64,000 nt of DNA from Oscillospiraceae bacterium (lineage in GTDB: Bacteria > Bacillota > Clostridia > Oscillospirales > Ruminococcaceae). This document shows positions 45,241 through 54,051 of this stretch, piece by piece. Location: positions 16,815-80,814 of the forward strand of contig SVMR01000009.1 of assembly GCA_015067315.1 (NCBI GenBank), read 5' to 3'. The translations under genes were made by a program, and so were the position numbers. Below the pieces are notes generated by a model, which searched no databases, was not told the DNA's origin, and saw only the letters and a list, made by a program, of their open reading frames with translations. The number at the start of each line of letters is the position of its first letter. The first letter of the stretch is position 1.

Positions 45241-45870
45241 ATGAAACCGAAACGCCTTGTTACCAACGCAATGCTCATAGCAATGTATGTGGTGCTAAGC
45301 CTTGTTGCCACAATTAACCTCGGCAACATGAAATTTACCCTCGACAGCCTTCCGATAATCGTCGGAGCCGCTTTGTTCGGTCCGGTTGACGGAATGCTGA
45401 TCGGACTTCTCGGAAGCTTCACAAACCAAATGCTCACCTACGGATTTTCCGCAACCACCCTGCTTTGGATAATTCCTGCGGGAGTCCGGGGACTTCTTAT
45501 CGGACTTTATGCAAAGCATCATAACTTTGATATGAGTTTTAAGCAGACCCAGTTTATCACAATTTCCTCGGCTCTTGCCGTAACCGCAATCAACACCCTT
45601 GTGATGTATATCGACGCGAAGATATACGGATATTATTCTTTCGCCTATGTTTTCGGAGGAATTGTTCCGAGAATCATCGCCGGAATTATAATCGCTTTCA
45701 TCTTCGGCGCGATTCTTCCCAACATTCTCAAACCGCTTCGGAGAATTGTTCTTGAACCGAAAAAACAAACGGCAAAAAAAGAAGAACCGAAAGAACGCAG
45801 ATGTCCCTATTGCGGCGCTCCCATTAAGGAAGACGCAAAAAAATGCGATTATTGCGGCGCAGAATTTTAA
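45241..45870 (+). CDS. ECF transporter S component (FolT-like) with C-terminal zinc-ribbon tail
   Basis: 209 aa. Six-helix S-component-like core (LIAMYVVLSLV, LPIIVGAALFGPVDGMLIGLLGS). Tail RRCPYCGAPIKEDAKKCDYCGAEF carries CxxC-x10-CxxC. Confidence 0.65.
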   Translation: MKPKRLVTNAMLIAMYVVLSLVATINLGNMKFTLDSLPIIVGAALFGPVDGMLIGLLGSFTNQMLTYGFSATTLLWIIPAGVRGLLIGLYAKHHNFDMSFKQTQFITISSALAVTAINTLVMYIDAKIYGYYSFAYVFGGIVPRIIAGIIIAFIFGAILPNILKPLRRIVLEPKKQTAKKEEPKERRCPYCGAPIKEDAKKCDYCGAEF

Positions 45871-45882
45871 TTTAAACAGAAT

Positions 45883-45921
45883 AAAAACGGTGTGTTTCAA
45901 ACGAAACACACCGTTTTTTTG
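45883..45921. terminator. bidirectional terminator (ECF-S gene / dCMP deaminase, convergent)
   Basis: Hairpin aaaaacggtgtgtttc-aaac-gaaacacaccgttttt. Confidence 0.88.
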
Positions 45922-45924
45922 TTT

Positions 45925-46419
45925 TCAGTATCCGAGTTCATCCTCAAGGGAATCGTCGTTGTAAATCCAATCGTTGACGTTTATTATGCGGAATTTTTTG
46001 CTGTCGTCCCGGACAACAACCGTATCTATTCCAGCGTTTATAACAAGCCTTTTGCACATGCTGCAGCAGCTTCCGTTTTTGACGTAATCGCCGCTTCCGC
46101 ATTCCCTTCCGACAAGATAGAGCGTCGCGCCGATCATATTTTCCCTTGCGGCGCTTATAATTGCGTTTGCTTCCGCATGAACGCTTCTGCAAAGTTCATA
46201 TCTTTCGCCCCGGGGAACGTTCATTTTTTCTCTTCTGCACCAACCGAGGTCGCTGCAGTTTTTGCGTCCTCTCGGCGCGCCGGCATATCCGGTGGATATA
46301 ATCTGGTCGTTTTTTACTATTATCGCGCCGTATTTTCTCCGAAGGCAGGTTCCCCTTTCAAGAACGATTTCGGCAATATCAAGATAATAGTTATGTTTAT
46401 CTCTTCTTTCTTCAAACAT
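45925..46419 (-). CDS. dCMP deaminase (ComEB family)
   Basis: Start at MFEERRDKHNYYLDIA with RBS GGAGGG. Zinc motifs VHAEANAI and CCSMCKRLV. Confidence 0.85.
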   Translation of the reverse strand: MFEERRDKHNYYLDIAEIVLERGTCLRRKYGAIIVKNDQIISTGYAGAPRGRKNCSDLGWCRREKMNVPRGERYELCRSVHAEANAIISAARENMIGATLYLVGRECGSGDYVKNGSCCSMCKRLVINAGIDTVVVRDDSKKFRIINVNDWIYNDDSLEDELGY

Positions 46420-46432
46420 CGGTTTCCCTCCG

Positions 46433-47242
46433 TTATTCCGCAATTTCCGCGGAAGAATTTTTGCGGACGGATTCAATTCCGTTTTCGCAGGAAGCTTTTG
46501 TTTTATAACCTTCGGAAGCAAGGATTATTTCGCCGTTGCGCGCTTTAAGGCGGAAGCGGAATTCGCCTGCTTTATCGTTATAAATTTCGAATTTCGGGTT
46601 TGTCACCTCTTCAAAATTCTCTTCGGTTCGGTCTTCAATTTTCGCTTCCGGAGCGTTTTTGCGGACGGATTCGATTCCTTTTTCCATTGCGGCTTTTCCG
46701 GAATAAACTTCGGAAACTCCGATAACCTTGTTGTTTCCGGCAAGAAGGCGGAAGCTCCAGCCGCTTTCGGTTTCTTTTACGGAATATTTTCCGCTGCAAA
46801 GCGGTTTTTCTTTCTCCGTGAGTCCGGAATAAACCGCTTTGAAAAATTCCGCAGCTTCGGCGGCTTTTTCCGCTGTGGGTTCTTCCATCTCCTCACAGGC
46901 TGCGGCGGTTATCTTCGCGGCGCATTTGAAAACATCTTCGTCAAGTTCTTCATTTGCGGCAAGGGGAGCGATTTCTTCATAAACGGTTTTGAAAAATTCG
47001 GCGGCGGTTTTTCCGTCCCTTTCTTCCATTTCCTCGCAGGCCGCGGCGGTTATTTTTCCGGCGGCTTTAAAAGCGGCTTTTTCAAAATCTTCCCGCTCTT
47101 TTATTCCGCTTATTTCATCATAAACGGTCTTTACAAACAGAACCGTTTTCTTTGCGTTTTCTTTTCCGAAATCTCCGCTTTCGGAAAGGGATGCGGCGGC
47201 AATTTTTGCGGCAATTTTAAGAGATTTTTCATCGTATTCCAT
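46433..47242 (-). CDS. YegP (DUF1508) tandem-domain protein with a repeat-containing N-terminal extension
   Basis: 269 aa. Two C-terminal DUF1508 units (WSFRLLAGNNKVIGVSEVYSGKAAMEKGIESVRKNA; FRFRLKARNGEIILASEGYKTKASCENGIESVRKNS). The N-terminal half holds three helical repeats of about 45 aa (AAKITAAACEEMEE...FFKxVYxEI). Confidence 0.75.
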   Translation of the reverse strand: MEYDEKSLKIAAKIAAASLSESGDFGKENAKKTVLFVKTVYDEISGIKEREDFEKAAFKAAGKITAAACEEMEERDGKTAAEFFKTVYEEIAPLAANEELDEDVFKCAAKITAAACEEMEEPTAEKAAEAAEFFKAVYSGLTEKEKPLCSGKYSVKETESGWSFRLLAGNNKVIGVSEVYSGKAAMEKGIESVRKNAPEAKIEDRTEENFEEVTNPKFEIYNDKAGEFRFRLKARNGEIILASEGYKTKASCENGIESVRKNSSAEIAE

Positions 47243-47323
47243 TTTTTCAAGACCTCCTGTTTTTTCTTTTTTCGGTAATTTGATTATAACCTTTTACACA
47301 AATTATGTAAAGAATATTTCATC

Positions 47324-47362
47324 AAAAAAGCGGCGCATTCCTTCAAATGCACCGCTTTTATC
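47324..47362. terminator. terminator hairpin after the surface-protein gene
   Basis: Hairpin gcggcgcatt-ccttca-aatgcaccgc (one mismatch) with flanking A and T runs. Confidence 0.6.
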
Positions 47363-47382
47363 TTTTTTTAAGTTTTGTTCAA

Positions 47383-48630
47383 TCAGTCGTCAATGCGTTT
47401 TCTGCCGATGATGAAAAGACCCACAGCAGCGCCAACAAGAACGATGAGAAGAACGATGATGATCCATGCCCAGATCGGAACGCCGCCTTTTTCTTCGGGT
47501 TCTTCAACTTCTCCGCCTATTACGATAATTTCTTCTTCGGAAGAAGATTCGGAAGAATCGGTAATTTCTTCCTCAGAAGAGGATTCGGAAGAAATGGGGA
47601 GTTCTTCCTCGGAAGAAGAATCGGAAGAAACGGGGAGTTCTTCTTCGGAAGAGGATTCGGAAGAAACGGGAGGTTCCGGTTCGGAAGAAGAGGAAGAGCT
47701 GGAAACCGGTTCTTCAACCTTTTCGTTTACTGTTACGTCAAAAGTCGCGGTTTTTGCTTTTTCGCCTTCGCCGTAAGTTACGGTTACGGTCTGGGTTCCC
47801 GCTTCGTCGAATTTTGTAACGTCGGTTTTAAAACCTTCGGTAATGTCTTCTGCGCTTCCGTCGCCTTTATGAAGGCGGACGGTCATTCCGGTTGTATCAA
47901 GATTTTCGCCCACGGTATAGGTGAGTTTTTCCGGTTTTTTGAAAATTTCGATTCTGAGAATGTCATTGGGATTTGCGTATTCGAATTTTACGCGGAAGTG
48001 ATCCTCGAAAAGCTTGAGATCGCCGTTCTGGTTATAGGGCGCTTTGAGATATACAACAACGTTCTGCGCTTCGTCGGAAGTGAAAACCGCGGGTTCGACC
48101 CAGCATAATTCGGTTACGTCAATATCCTTCGGCTCGTACATATCGGTTTCTTTGTTGAACTTATAGACTGTTGCAATTACTTTAAGTCCGGTGAGGTCAA
48201 CGGTATCGCCGAGATAATAAACAAGTTTATCGGGCCATTTGTAAATACTCATGGAATGAACGTAATCAAAGGGAGATTCTTCGCCCACAACCACGGTGTA
48301 ATCGATTTTTTCAACAACGGTTCCGTCTTCTTTTTTATAAGTTACAGAAAAATTATAGGTTCCGGCTTTTGTGGGGGTTCCGGAAAGGGTCATTTTGAAA
48401 ACATAATCGCCGAAGGTGTTTTTATATGCCCAGGTTCCGGAAAGTTTCATTCCTTCCGGAACGTTTCCGCTTTTGGAAAAGGTTTTTGCGCCGAGAACGG
48501 TTTCGATTACGCTGTCAAATTCAAGACCAACATATGCGCCTTTTATTTCTGTTGCAGCCATTGCCTGTACCGGAACAAGCAATACTATCATAAGAACAGC
48601 AAGAAAAGCGCTGAAAATTCTTTTTTTCAT
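47383..48630 (-). CDS. cell-surface protein with Ig-like (Big_3-type) domains, Ser/Glu-rich stalk and C-terminal membrane anchor
   Basis: 415 aa. Signal peptide ending VQAMAA. Repeated pattern P(D/E)KLxYxxG(D/E)xxDxxG(L/M). Stalk of four SSESSSEEE units. C-terminal TM helix plus GRKRIDD. No LPXTG motif. Confidence 0.75.
   Translation of the reverse strand: MKKRIFSAFLAVLMIVLLVPVQAMAATEIKGAYVGLEFDSVIETVLGAKTFSKSGNVPEGMKLSGTWAYKNTFGDYVFKMTLSGTPTKAGTYNFSVTYKKEDGTVVEKIDYTVVVGEESPFDYVHSMSIYKWPDKLVYYLGDTVDLTGLKVIATVYKFNKETDMYEPKDIDVTELCWVEPAVFTSDEAQNVVVYLKAPYNQNGDLKLFEDHFRVKFEYANPNDILRIEIFKKPEKLTYTVGENLDTTGMTVRLHKGDGSAEDITEGFKTDVTKFDEAGTQTVTVTYGEGEKAKTATFDVTVNEKVEEPVSSSSSSSEPEPPVSSESSSEEELPVSSDSSSEEELPISSESSSEEEITDSSESSSEEEIIVIGGEVEEPEEKGGVPIWAWIIIVLLIVLVGAAVGLFIIGRKRIDD
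47529..47672 (-). repeat. in-frame 36-bp tandem repeat, about 4 units, inside the surface-protein gene
   Basis: The DNA period of 36 nt encodes PPVSSESSSEEE / LPVSSDSSSEEE / LPISSESSSEEE / ITDSSESSSEEE. Boundaries are approximate. Confidence 0.8.
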
Positions 48631-48845
48631 TTAATATCCTCCTTAATAAAATTAAAAGGCATAATTTTATACTTTAATATTTTATTACAAATCACAAAAT
48701 ACTGCAAGATGTTTTTTCCAATTATAATGTAATATTAAGTCTTTTTTGGAATAAAAAAGGTAAATTTTTTGTTAACAGCATAAAAAACAAGGCGTACATT
48801 ATTAAAAACGTACGCTTTGCAGTAATCTTTTCGGTTTTTATTTTC

Positions 48846-50195
48846 TCAGTTTTTTTCTCTAAGAAGCTGGTTAACAATAATACCTACGATAAGGGAAGCG
48901 GCGATGTTGGTGATCTGAAAAGCGCCGAAATCGAGAACGAATCCGCCTATGCCGAGAACAAGGATGGAACTTACAACAAAGAGGTTATGTTCCTTGTTAA
49001 GGTCAACGGTCTGGATCATTTTAAGACCGGAAACGGCGATGAAGCCGTAAAGAGCTGTGCAGATTCCGCCGAGAACGCAGCTTGGAATGGTGTTGACAAA
49101 AGCCACGAAGGGGCTGAAGAACGCAAGGCAGACGGAAAGGAGCGCCGCGGTTCTGATAGTTACGATGGAAGCGTTTTTGGTAAGCGCAACACATCCGACG
49201 GATTCGCCGTAGGTGGTGTTGGGGCAGCAGCCGAAGAATGCGCCTGCCATGGAACCCACTCCGTCGCCGAGAAGGGTTTTATCAAGACCGGGTTCTTCAA
49301 GAAGGTCGCGTTCGATGATGGAGGAAATGTTTTTGTGGTCGGCAACGTGCTCCGCAAAAACAACGAACGCAACGGGAGCATAGAGAAGCATAAGAGTTCC
49401 GAAGTCCGCAAGTTTCATTGCAAAGCCGCCGCCCGAAAGTTCTCTGAATGCCTCAACGAAAGCGAATTTGGGAAGATGGAAGAAGCTTCCGAGGTTGATG
49501 GTGCTGAAGTTGTTAACAAGGGCGGAATAGTCGATAACTTTAAGGGCATCAATTCCCGCGGCGTTTCCGATGAGGGTGAAAACGGAAGCAAGAGCATAGC
49601 CTGCAAGAACGCCTACGATAAAGGGGATGAGCTTAACAAAACCTTTGCCTTTTGCGCAAACCCAGATTGTTACCGCAAAAGTGAAAAGACCGCAGACGAT
49701 TGCCGCAAGGCTGTAAGCTTCTCCGGTTGCGGAAGCTTTTGTAAGGTCGCCGACTGCGTTTCCCGCAAGGGAAAGTCCGATAAGCGCAACGGTGGGTCCG
49801 ATTACAACGGTGGGCATGAGTTTGTTGAGCCATCCGGAACCCACAGCTTTAACAAGAAGAGCGATAACTACGTAAACAGCGCCCGCAAAAACCGCGCCGA
49901 GGATTATTCCGAAGAAGCCGAAAACGGTTGCGGAATACATGGAAGAAAGAAAAGCGAAGGAGCTTCCGAGGAAAACAGGGCTTTTCTTTTTGGTGAAGAA
50001 CTGGTAAACAAGAGTTCCGACACCCGCGCCGAAAAGCGCCGCCGCAGGGTCCATTTCAAGGTTAACTGCGCCGTATGCGTTGACAAGGATCGGAACTACG
50101 ATGGTTGCGGTTATAATCGCAAGAAGCTGCTGAAGAGCAAATACGATAAGCTGGCTGAATTTAGGTTTGTCCTCAATGTTGTAGATGAGTTTCAT
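48846..50195 (-). CDS. uracil/xanthine (NCS2 family) permease
   Basis: Start at MKLIYNIEDKPKF with RBS GAGGAG 10 nt upstream. Polytopic NCS2-like protein. Immediately downstream of pyrR. Confidence 0.85.
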   Translation of the reverse strand: MKLIYNIEDKPKFSQLIVFALQQLLAIITATIVVPILVNAYGAVNLEMDPAAALFGAGVGTLVYQFFTKKKSPVFLGSSFAFLSSMYSATVFGFFGIILGAVFAGAVYVVIALLVKAVGSGWLNKLMPTVVIGPTVALIGLSLAGNAVGDLTKASATGEAYSLAAIVCGLFTFAVTIWVCAKGKGFVKLIPFIVGVLAGYALASVFTLIGNAAGIDALKVIDYSALVNNFSTINLGSFFHLPKFAFVEAFRELSGGGFAMKLADFGTLMLLYAPVAFVVFAEHVADHKNISSIIERDLLEEPGLDKTLLGDGVGSMAGAFFGCCPNTTYGESVGCVALTKNASIVTIRTAALLSVCLAFFSPFVAFVNTIPSCVLGGICTALYGFIAVSGLKMIQTVDLNKEHNLFVVSSILVLGIGGFVLDFGAFQITNIAASLIVGIIVNQLLREKN

Positions 50196-50226
50196 CTGTT
50201 GTTTTCTCCTCAATAAATCAAGGTTT

Positions 50227-50763
50227 TTATTTTGTATAAAGCTTCACTCCGAACTCCCCGTCAACGGAAGGAACCCGAACGGAAATAAGCTCCTCGCGCG
50301 AGGTCGGAATGTTTTTGCCCACAAAATCCGGGCGGATCGGAAGTTCCCGGTGACCTCTGTCAATAACCGCCGCAAGCTGAATAAAGGCCGGCCTTCCCTG
50401 CTTCAAAAGACAGTCGATGGCGGCTCTTGTTGTTCTTCCGGTGTGTATTACGTCGTCAACAAGAACTATCGTTTTTCCCGTTACGTCAAAAGGAAGATCC
50501 GCCCCGGTTATTTTCGGATCGACGGAGCTGTGGTCTATGTCGTCGCGGTAAAAACTGATGTCGATCGTTCCGACGGGAACTTCTTTCCCTTCAATCGCAA
50601 GAATATTTTCCCGGATTATTTCCGCAATCGGAACGCCGCGGGTTTTTATTCCCACAAGGCAAAGATTTTCCGTTCCGCCGTTGCGTTCAAGAATCTGGTG
50701 GGAAATCCTTATCAGGCAGCGTTTTACTGCGTCGGAATCCATAAGGTCGGATTTGAATTCCAT
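50227..50763 (-). CDS. pyrR: bifunctional pyrimidine operon regulator / uracil phosphoribosyltransferase PyrR
   Basis: 178 aa from MEFKSDLMDSD with RBS GAAAGGTGG. PRPP motif VLVDDVIHTGRT. The ORF-track start at 50895 is a spurious extension through the leader. Confidence 0.92.
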   Translation of the reverse strand: MEFKSDLMDSDAVKRCLIRISHQILERNGGTENLCLVGIKTRGVPIAEIIRENILAIEGKEVPVGTIDISFYRDDIDHSSVDPKITGADLPFDVTGKTIVLVDDVIHTGRTTRAAIDCLLKQGRPAFIQLAAVIDRGHRELPIRPDFVGKNIPTSREELISVRVPSVDGEFGVKLYTK

Positions 50764-50897
50764 TTTATAACCACCTTTCCGAAAAACAAAAAAGGTTCCG
50801 CCGATTAACCGGCAGAACCTTAAAACTCCAGTTTTGACATAAATTTTCGGGGTTTCGATCTTGCCGGTCTCTCTGTACCAATCTTTAAAGATCATTT
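50764..50897 (-). promoter_or_regulatory. PyrR-binding transcription attenuator (pyr leader)
   Basis: The minus strand reads gguaCAGAGAGaccgGCAAGa (50860-50880), close to the PyrR binding-loop consensus UCCAGAGAGGCUUGCAAG. It is followed by terminator hairpin ggttctgccg-gttaat-cggcggaacc plus a T run (50783-50819). Confidence 0.8.
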
Positions 50898-50903
50898 TTT
50901 ATA

Positions 50904-50932
50904 ATAATACCACCAAAACTTGAAAAATTCAA
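50904..50932 (-). promoter_or_regulatory. putative sigma-A promoter for the pyrR leader
   Basis: On the minus strand: TTGAAT (50927-50932), 17-nt spacer, TATTAT (50904-50909). Confidence 0.45.
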
Positions 50933-50954
50933 TATTTTATTTCAAAAATAAACG

Positions 50955-51845
50955 TCAGTCTTTCTTAAAAAGCGGTTTGTCGCCCGAAGAAAGAAAAGCG
51001 CCGAAAATCATCAGTAAAAGCGCCGCAAAATATTGCTTTTCCGGAACTTCCCGGAAAATTACAAGCGAAAGCGCCGCCGCAGCAAAAGGGGTTGCCGCGG
51101 AATAAACGCTTGTTCTTGCCGCGCCGAGATATCTTTGGGCATATACAAAAACAAAAATGCTCAGTCCGTAGGAAACCGCCCCGAGAAGAAGCGCAAAAAC
51201 AACCGCGGAAATATTTTCCGCTTTTTCGCCGGCAAAAACCGCAATCAGAAAACTTGTTCCGCCGCAAAAAACGCCTTTCAGAATAACAATTTTCATCGGG
51301 TCCTTTTCCGAAAGAGCCTTAGTGCAGTTGTTTTCGATTCCCCAAAGCACCGCGGAAAGCAGAACAAGGGCGGAACCTTTTGAAAAATCAAAAGCCGCCG
51401 TTCCTTCAAAAGAAAGAATCATACAGGCGAGAACGGTTGCGGATATTCCAAGCCAAAGCCTTTTGCTTATTTTTTCGCCGAAGATAAAAAAGGCAATAAG
51501 CGCCGTCGCCGCATATTCAAAATTGTTGAGAAGCGAAGCGTTTGCGGCGGAAGTCATCCGAAGCCCGAACATAAGGCAGACCGGAGCCGCAATATCGAGA
51601 AGAATCATTCCGAAAACGTAAGGAAATTCCGCTTTTGTAAATTTTCCGTCCTCGGGTTTTCTGTTGGTTTTCTTCCGGAAAAGCGCAACAAAACCCATCC
51701 CGATTCCGGCGCCGATATAAAGAAGCCCCGCCATCATCGTTGAAGGGACGGATTCAAGAAGGATTTTTGAAAAAGGGGTGCTGAGCGCATAAAGCACCGC
51801 GGAAAAAAGCGCAAGAAAAATCCCGTATTTTTCCGTTTTTTTCAT
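50955..51845 (-). CDS. DMT (EamA) family transporter
   Basis: 296 aa. Ten hydrophobic helices in two EamA-like halves. Confidence 0.8.
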   Translation of the reverse strand: MKKTEKYGIFLALFSAVLYALSTPFSKILLESVPSTMMAGLLYIGAGIGMGFVALFRKKTNRKPEDGKFTKAEFPYVFGMILLDIAAPVCLMFGLRMTSAANASLLNNFEYAATALIAFFIFGEKISKRLWLGISATVLACMILSFEGTAAFDFSKGSALVLLSAVLWGIENNCTKALSEKDPMKIVILKGVFCGGTSFLIAVFAGEKAENISAVVFALLLGAVSYGLSIFVFVYAQRYLGAARTSVYSAATPFAAAALSLVIFREVPEKQYFAALLLMIFGAFLSSGDKPLFKKD

Positions 51846-52309
51846 TATTTTTCACCTTTTAAATATTCAAGAATTTCCGCGGCGTTCGTATCCGGCTTAA
51901 CCTTCGGCATAACTTTTTCGATAATTCCGTTTTCGTCGATTACAAAAGTTGAACGGACCGTTCCGAAATATGTTTTTCCGTAATTTTTCTTTTCGCCCCA
52001 AGCGCCGAAAGCTTCGATAACTTTATGTTCCGGGTCGGAAAGAAGAATGAACGGAAGGTTATATTTTTCGGCAAATTTAACGTGGGAGAAAACGGAATCC
52101 TTGCTGATTCCGATTACAGCCGCATCAATATTTTTGAATTCCTCAAAAGCTTCCGCAAAGGCGCAGGCCTGGCGGGTGCAGCCGGGAGTGTTGTCCTTCG
52201 GATAAAAATAAACGACAACTTTCTTTCCAAGGAATCCGGAAAGGGAAACTTCGTTTCCGTCCTTATCAAAAAGACTGAAATCCGGGGCTTTTGTTCCAAT
52301 TTCGAGCAT
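51845..52309 (-). CDS. bcp: thioredoxin-dependent thiol peroxidase (Bcp-type peroxiredoxin)
   Basis: 154 aa. Active-site motif YFYPKDNTPGCTRQACAF. Confidence 0.9.
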   Translation of the reverse strand: MLEIGTKAPDFSLFDKDGNEVSLSGFLGKKVVVYFYPKDNTPGCTRQACAFAEAFEEFKNIDAAVIGISKDSVFSHVKFAEKYNLPFILLSDPEHKVIEAFGAWGEKKNYGKTYFGTVRSTFVIDENGIIEKVMPKVKPDTNAAEILEYLKGEK

Positions 52310-52311
52310 AT

Positions 52312-53208
52312 TTACAACTCCTTTTCGCAGGATTTTTTAAATTTTGTTTCGCTTATAAAAGCGCTTCCGAGTATCAGAACCGCGCCGCAAAAAACGGAAA
52401 GGGTTATTTCCTCGCCGAGCATGACGGCCGAAAGCAAAATTGCCGAAAGCGGGTCGATATAACTGAAAATTGCAGCGGTCTGGGAAGGAAGACGGCTTAT
52501 GCTTCCGAAATACATAACATAGGCAATTCCCGTATGAACGATTCCCACAGCCGCAAGCATTATAACGCCGAGGGGTTCAAAATCAATGCTGCCGAAGTCC
52601 TCCGCAAAAAGGGTATAAGGGAGCAGAACAGCGGCGGCGGTTCCAAGCTGAATCGCCGTTTTTTCAAAATGCGGAACATCCGGGATTTTTTTGTTGAGAA
52701 TCACAACGGAAGCATAAAGCAAAGCCGCGCCGATTCCAAGAAGGATTCCCTTCGCCTCCCCTTTTCCGGAAAAGCCGTTTTCCAAAATTCCGGAAACAAG
52801 AACCATTCCCGAAACCGCCGATATGATGCAGATTATCTTTTTGGCTCCAAGCTTTTCGCCGAACAAAAAAGGCGAGGCAACCATCACAAAAACCGGCGCC
52901 ATATAATAGCAAAGGGTCGCCTCCGCAACTCCTGTGTAATTATATGCTTCAAAAAGCAGTATCCAGTTGAACCCCATCAGCGCGCCGGAAACGCAAAGGG
53001 GCAAAAAACTCTTTTTACATTCTTGGAAAGAAAAACCTTTTTTCCGAACCGCCAGAAACAGCAGAATAAAGCAAAAACCGATTGCGCCTCTTGAAAAAGC
53101 AATGAATCCGGAGGGAAAAGGGATATATTTTCTGAAAATCCCGATGGTTCCGAAAATCAGCATTGATATTCCGAGGGAAAGCAAAGCCTTGTTTTTCAAA
53201 AAAATCAC
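52312..53208 (-). CDS. DMT (EamA) family transporter
   Basis: 298 aa. Ten hydrophobic helices in two EamA-like halves. Confidence 0.8.
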   Translation of the reverse strand: MIFLKNKALLSLGISMLIFGTIGIFRKYIPFPSGFIAFSRGAIGFCFILLFLAVRKKGFSFQECKKSFLPLCVSGALMGFNWILLFEAYNYTGVAEATLCYYMAPVFVMVASPFLFGEKLGAKKIICIISAVSGMVLVSGILENGFSGKGEAKGILLGIGAALLYASVVILNKKIPDVPHFEKTAIQLGTAAAVLLPYTLFAEDFGSIDFEPLGVIMLAAVGIVHTGIAYVMYFGSISRLPSQTAAIFSYIDPLSAILLSAVMLGEEITLSVFCGAVLILGSAFISETKFKKSCEKEL

Positions 53209-53220
53209 TCCGTGCTCAAA

Positions 53221-54051
53221 TCAGAATTTAACCGCGGTGACAACTCTGTCGCGTCCTTCATAATCCTTCCGGACAGCGGCGTTTTTATAACCGTTTTCAA
53301 GAAGAATGCTCACAACCGCTTCTCCCTGGGTGTCGCCGATTTCAAAAGCAATAAGTCCGCCTTCGTTAAGATGCTCGAACCAGTTTTTTGAAATCGCCCG
53401 GTAAAAATCGAGCCCGTCCGAACCGCCGAAAAGCGCCGTTTCCGGTTCAAAAGTGACCTCCGTCTGAAGTTCCTTCATCTCGTTTTCGTCGATATAGGGC
53501 GGATTTGACACGATGCAGTCGAATTTTCCGAAAGGAACAAGGGCATCCGCCTTTATTGCCCTGACGCAGTTTCCGTGGAAGGCATTGTTCCTTTCAAGAT
53601 GCTCAAAAGCGCCGTCATAGAGTTCAACGGCGGTTACATCCGCGCCGGAAAGCTCCTTCGCAACGGTAATGGCGATGCATCCGGAACCGGAACAAAGGTC
53701 AGCGACCTTTGGCGGAAGGCTTCTTGAAAAATATTTGAGCACCGTTTCGCAAAGGAGTTCCGTTTCCGGTCTTGGAATGAGCACCCCTTCGCCTACGAAG
53801 AATTTTCTTCCGAAAAATTCCCAGTTTCCGATTAAATACTGGAGCGGATAGCCGGAAATTCTTTTTTTCGCCGCGGCAAAAATCTTTTCCTCCTGCTCAA
53901 AACCGAGCTCTTTTTCCGGAACGTTAATTTCCGGATTCCTCGGAAGTTCAAGAAGATCCTCCATGAGCACGGATGCTTCAAAGGCAGGGGAATCAACCCC
54001 TGCCTTCAAGAAAGTTTTTTCAATTTTTTCAAAAACTTCTTTAACCTTCAT
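53221..54051 (-). CDS. prmC: peptide chain release factor N5-glutamine methyltransferase
   Basis: 276 aa. SAM loop VADLCSGSGCIAI and catalytic NPPYI. Confidence 0.9.
   Translation of the reverse strand: MKVKEVFEKIEKTFLKAGVDSPAFEASVLMEDLLELPRNPEINVPEKELGFEQEEKIFAAAKKRISGYPLQYLIGNWEFFGRKFFVGEGVLIPRPETELLCETVLKYFSRSLPPKVADLCSGSGCIAITVAKELSGADVTAVELYDGAFEHLERNNAFHGNCVRAIKADALVPFGKFDCIVSNPPYIDENEMKELQTEVTFEPETALFGGSDGLDFYRAISKNWFEHLNEGGLIAFEIGDTQGEAVVSILLENGYKNAAVRKDYEGRDRVVTAVKF

Noticed and set aside
47347-48108. 253-aa and 133-aa plus-strand ORFs rich in G/R/F or S/E repeats
   Set aside because: They are antisense or shifted readings of the Ser/Glu tandem repeat region of the surface-protein gene. 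The minus-strand frame has a signal peptide, Ig-like domains and a membrane anchor.
50764-50895. 44-codon N-terminal extension of pyrR in the ORF track
   Set aside because: The extension covers the PyrR binding loop and the attenuator terminator. A good RBS and the conserved PyrR N-terminus begin at 50763.
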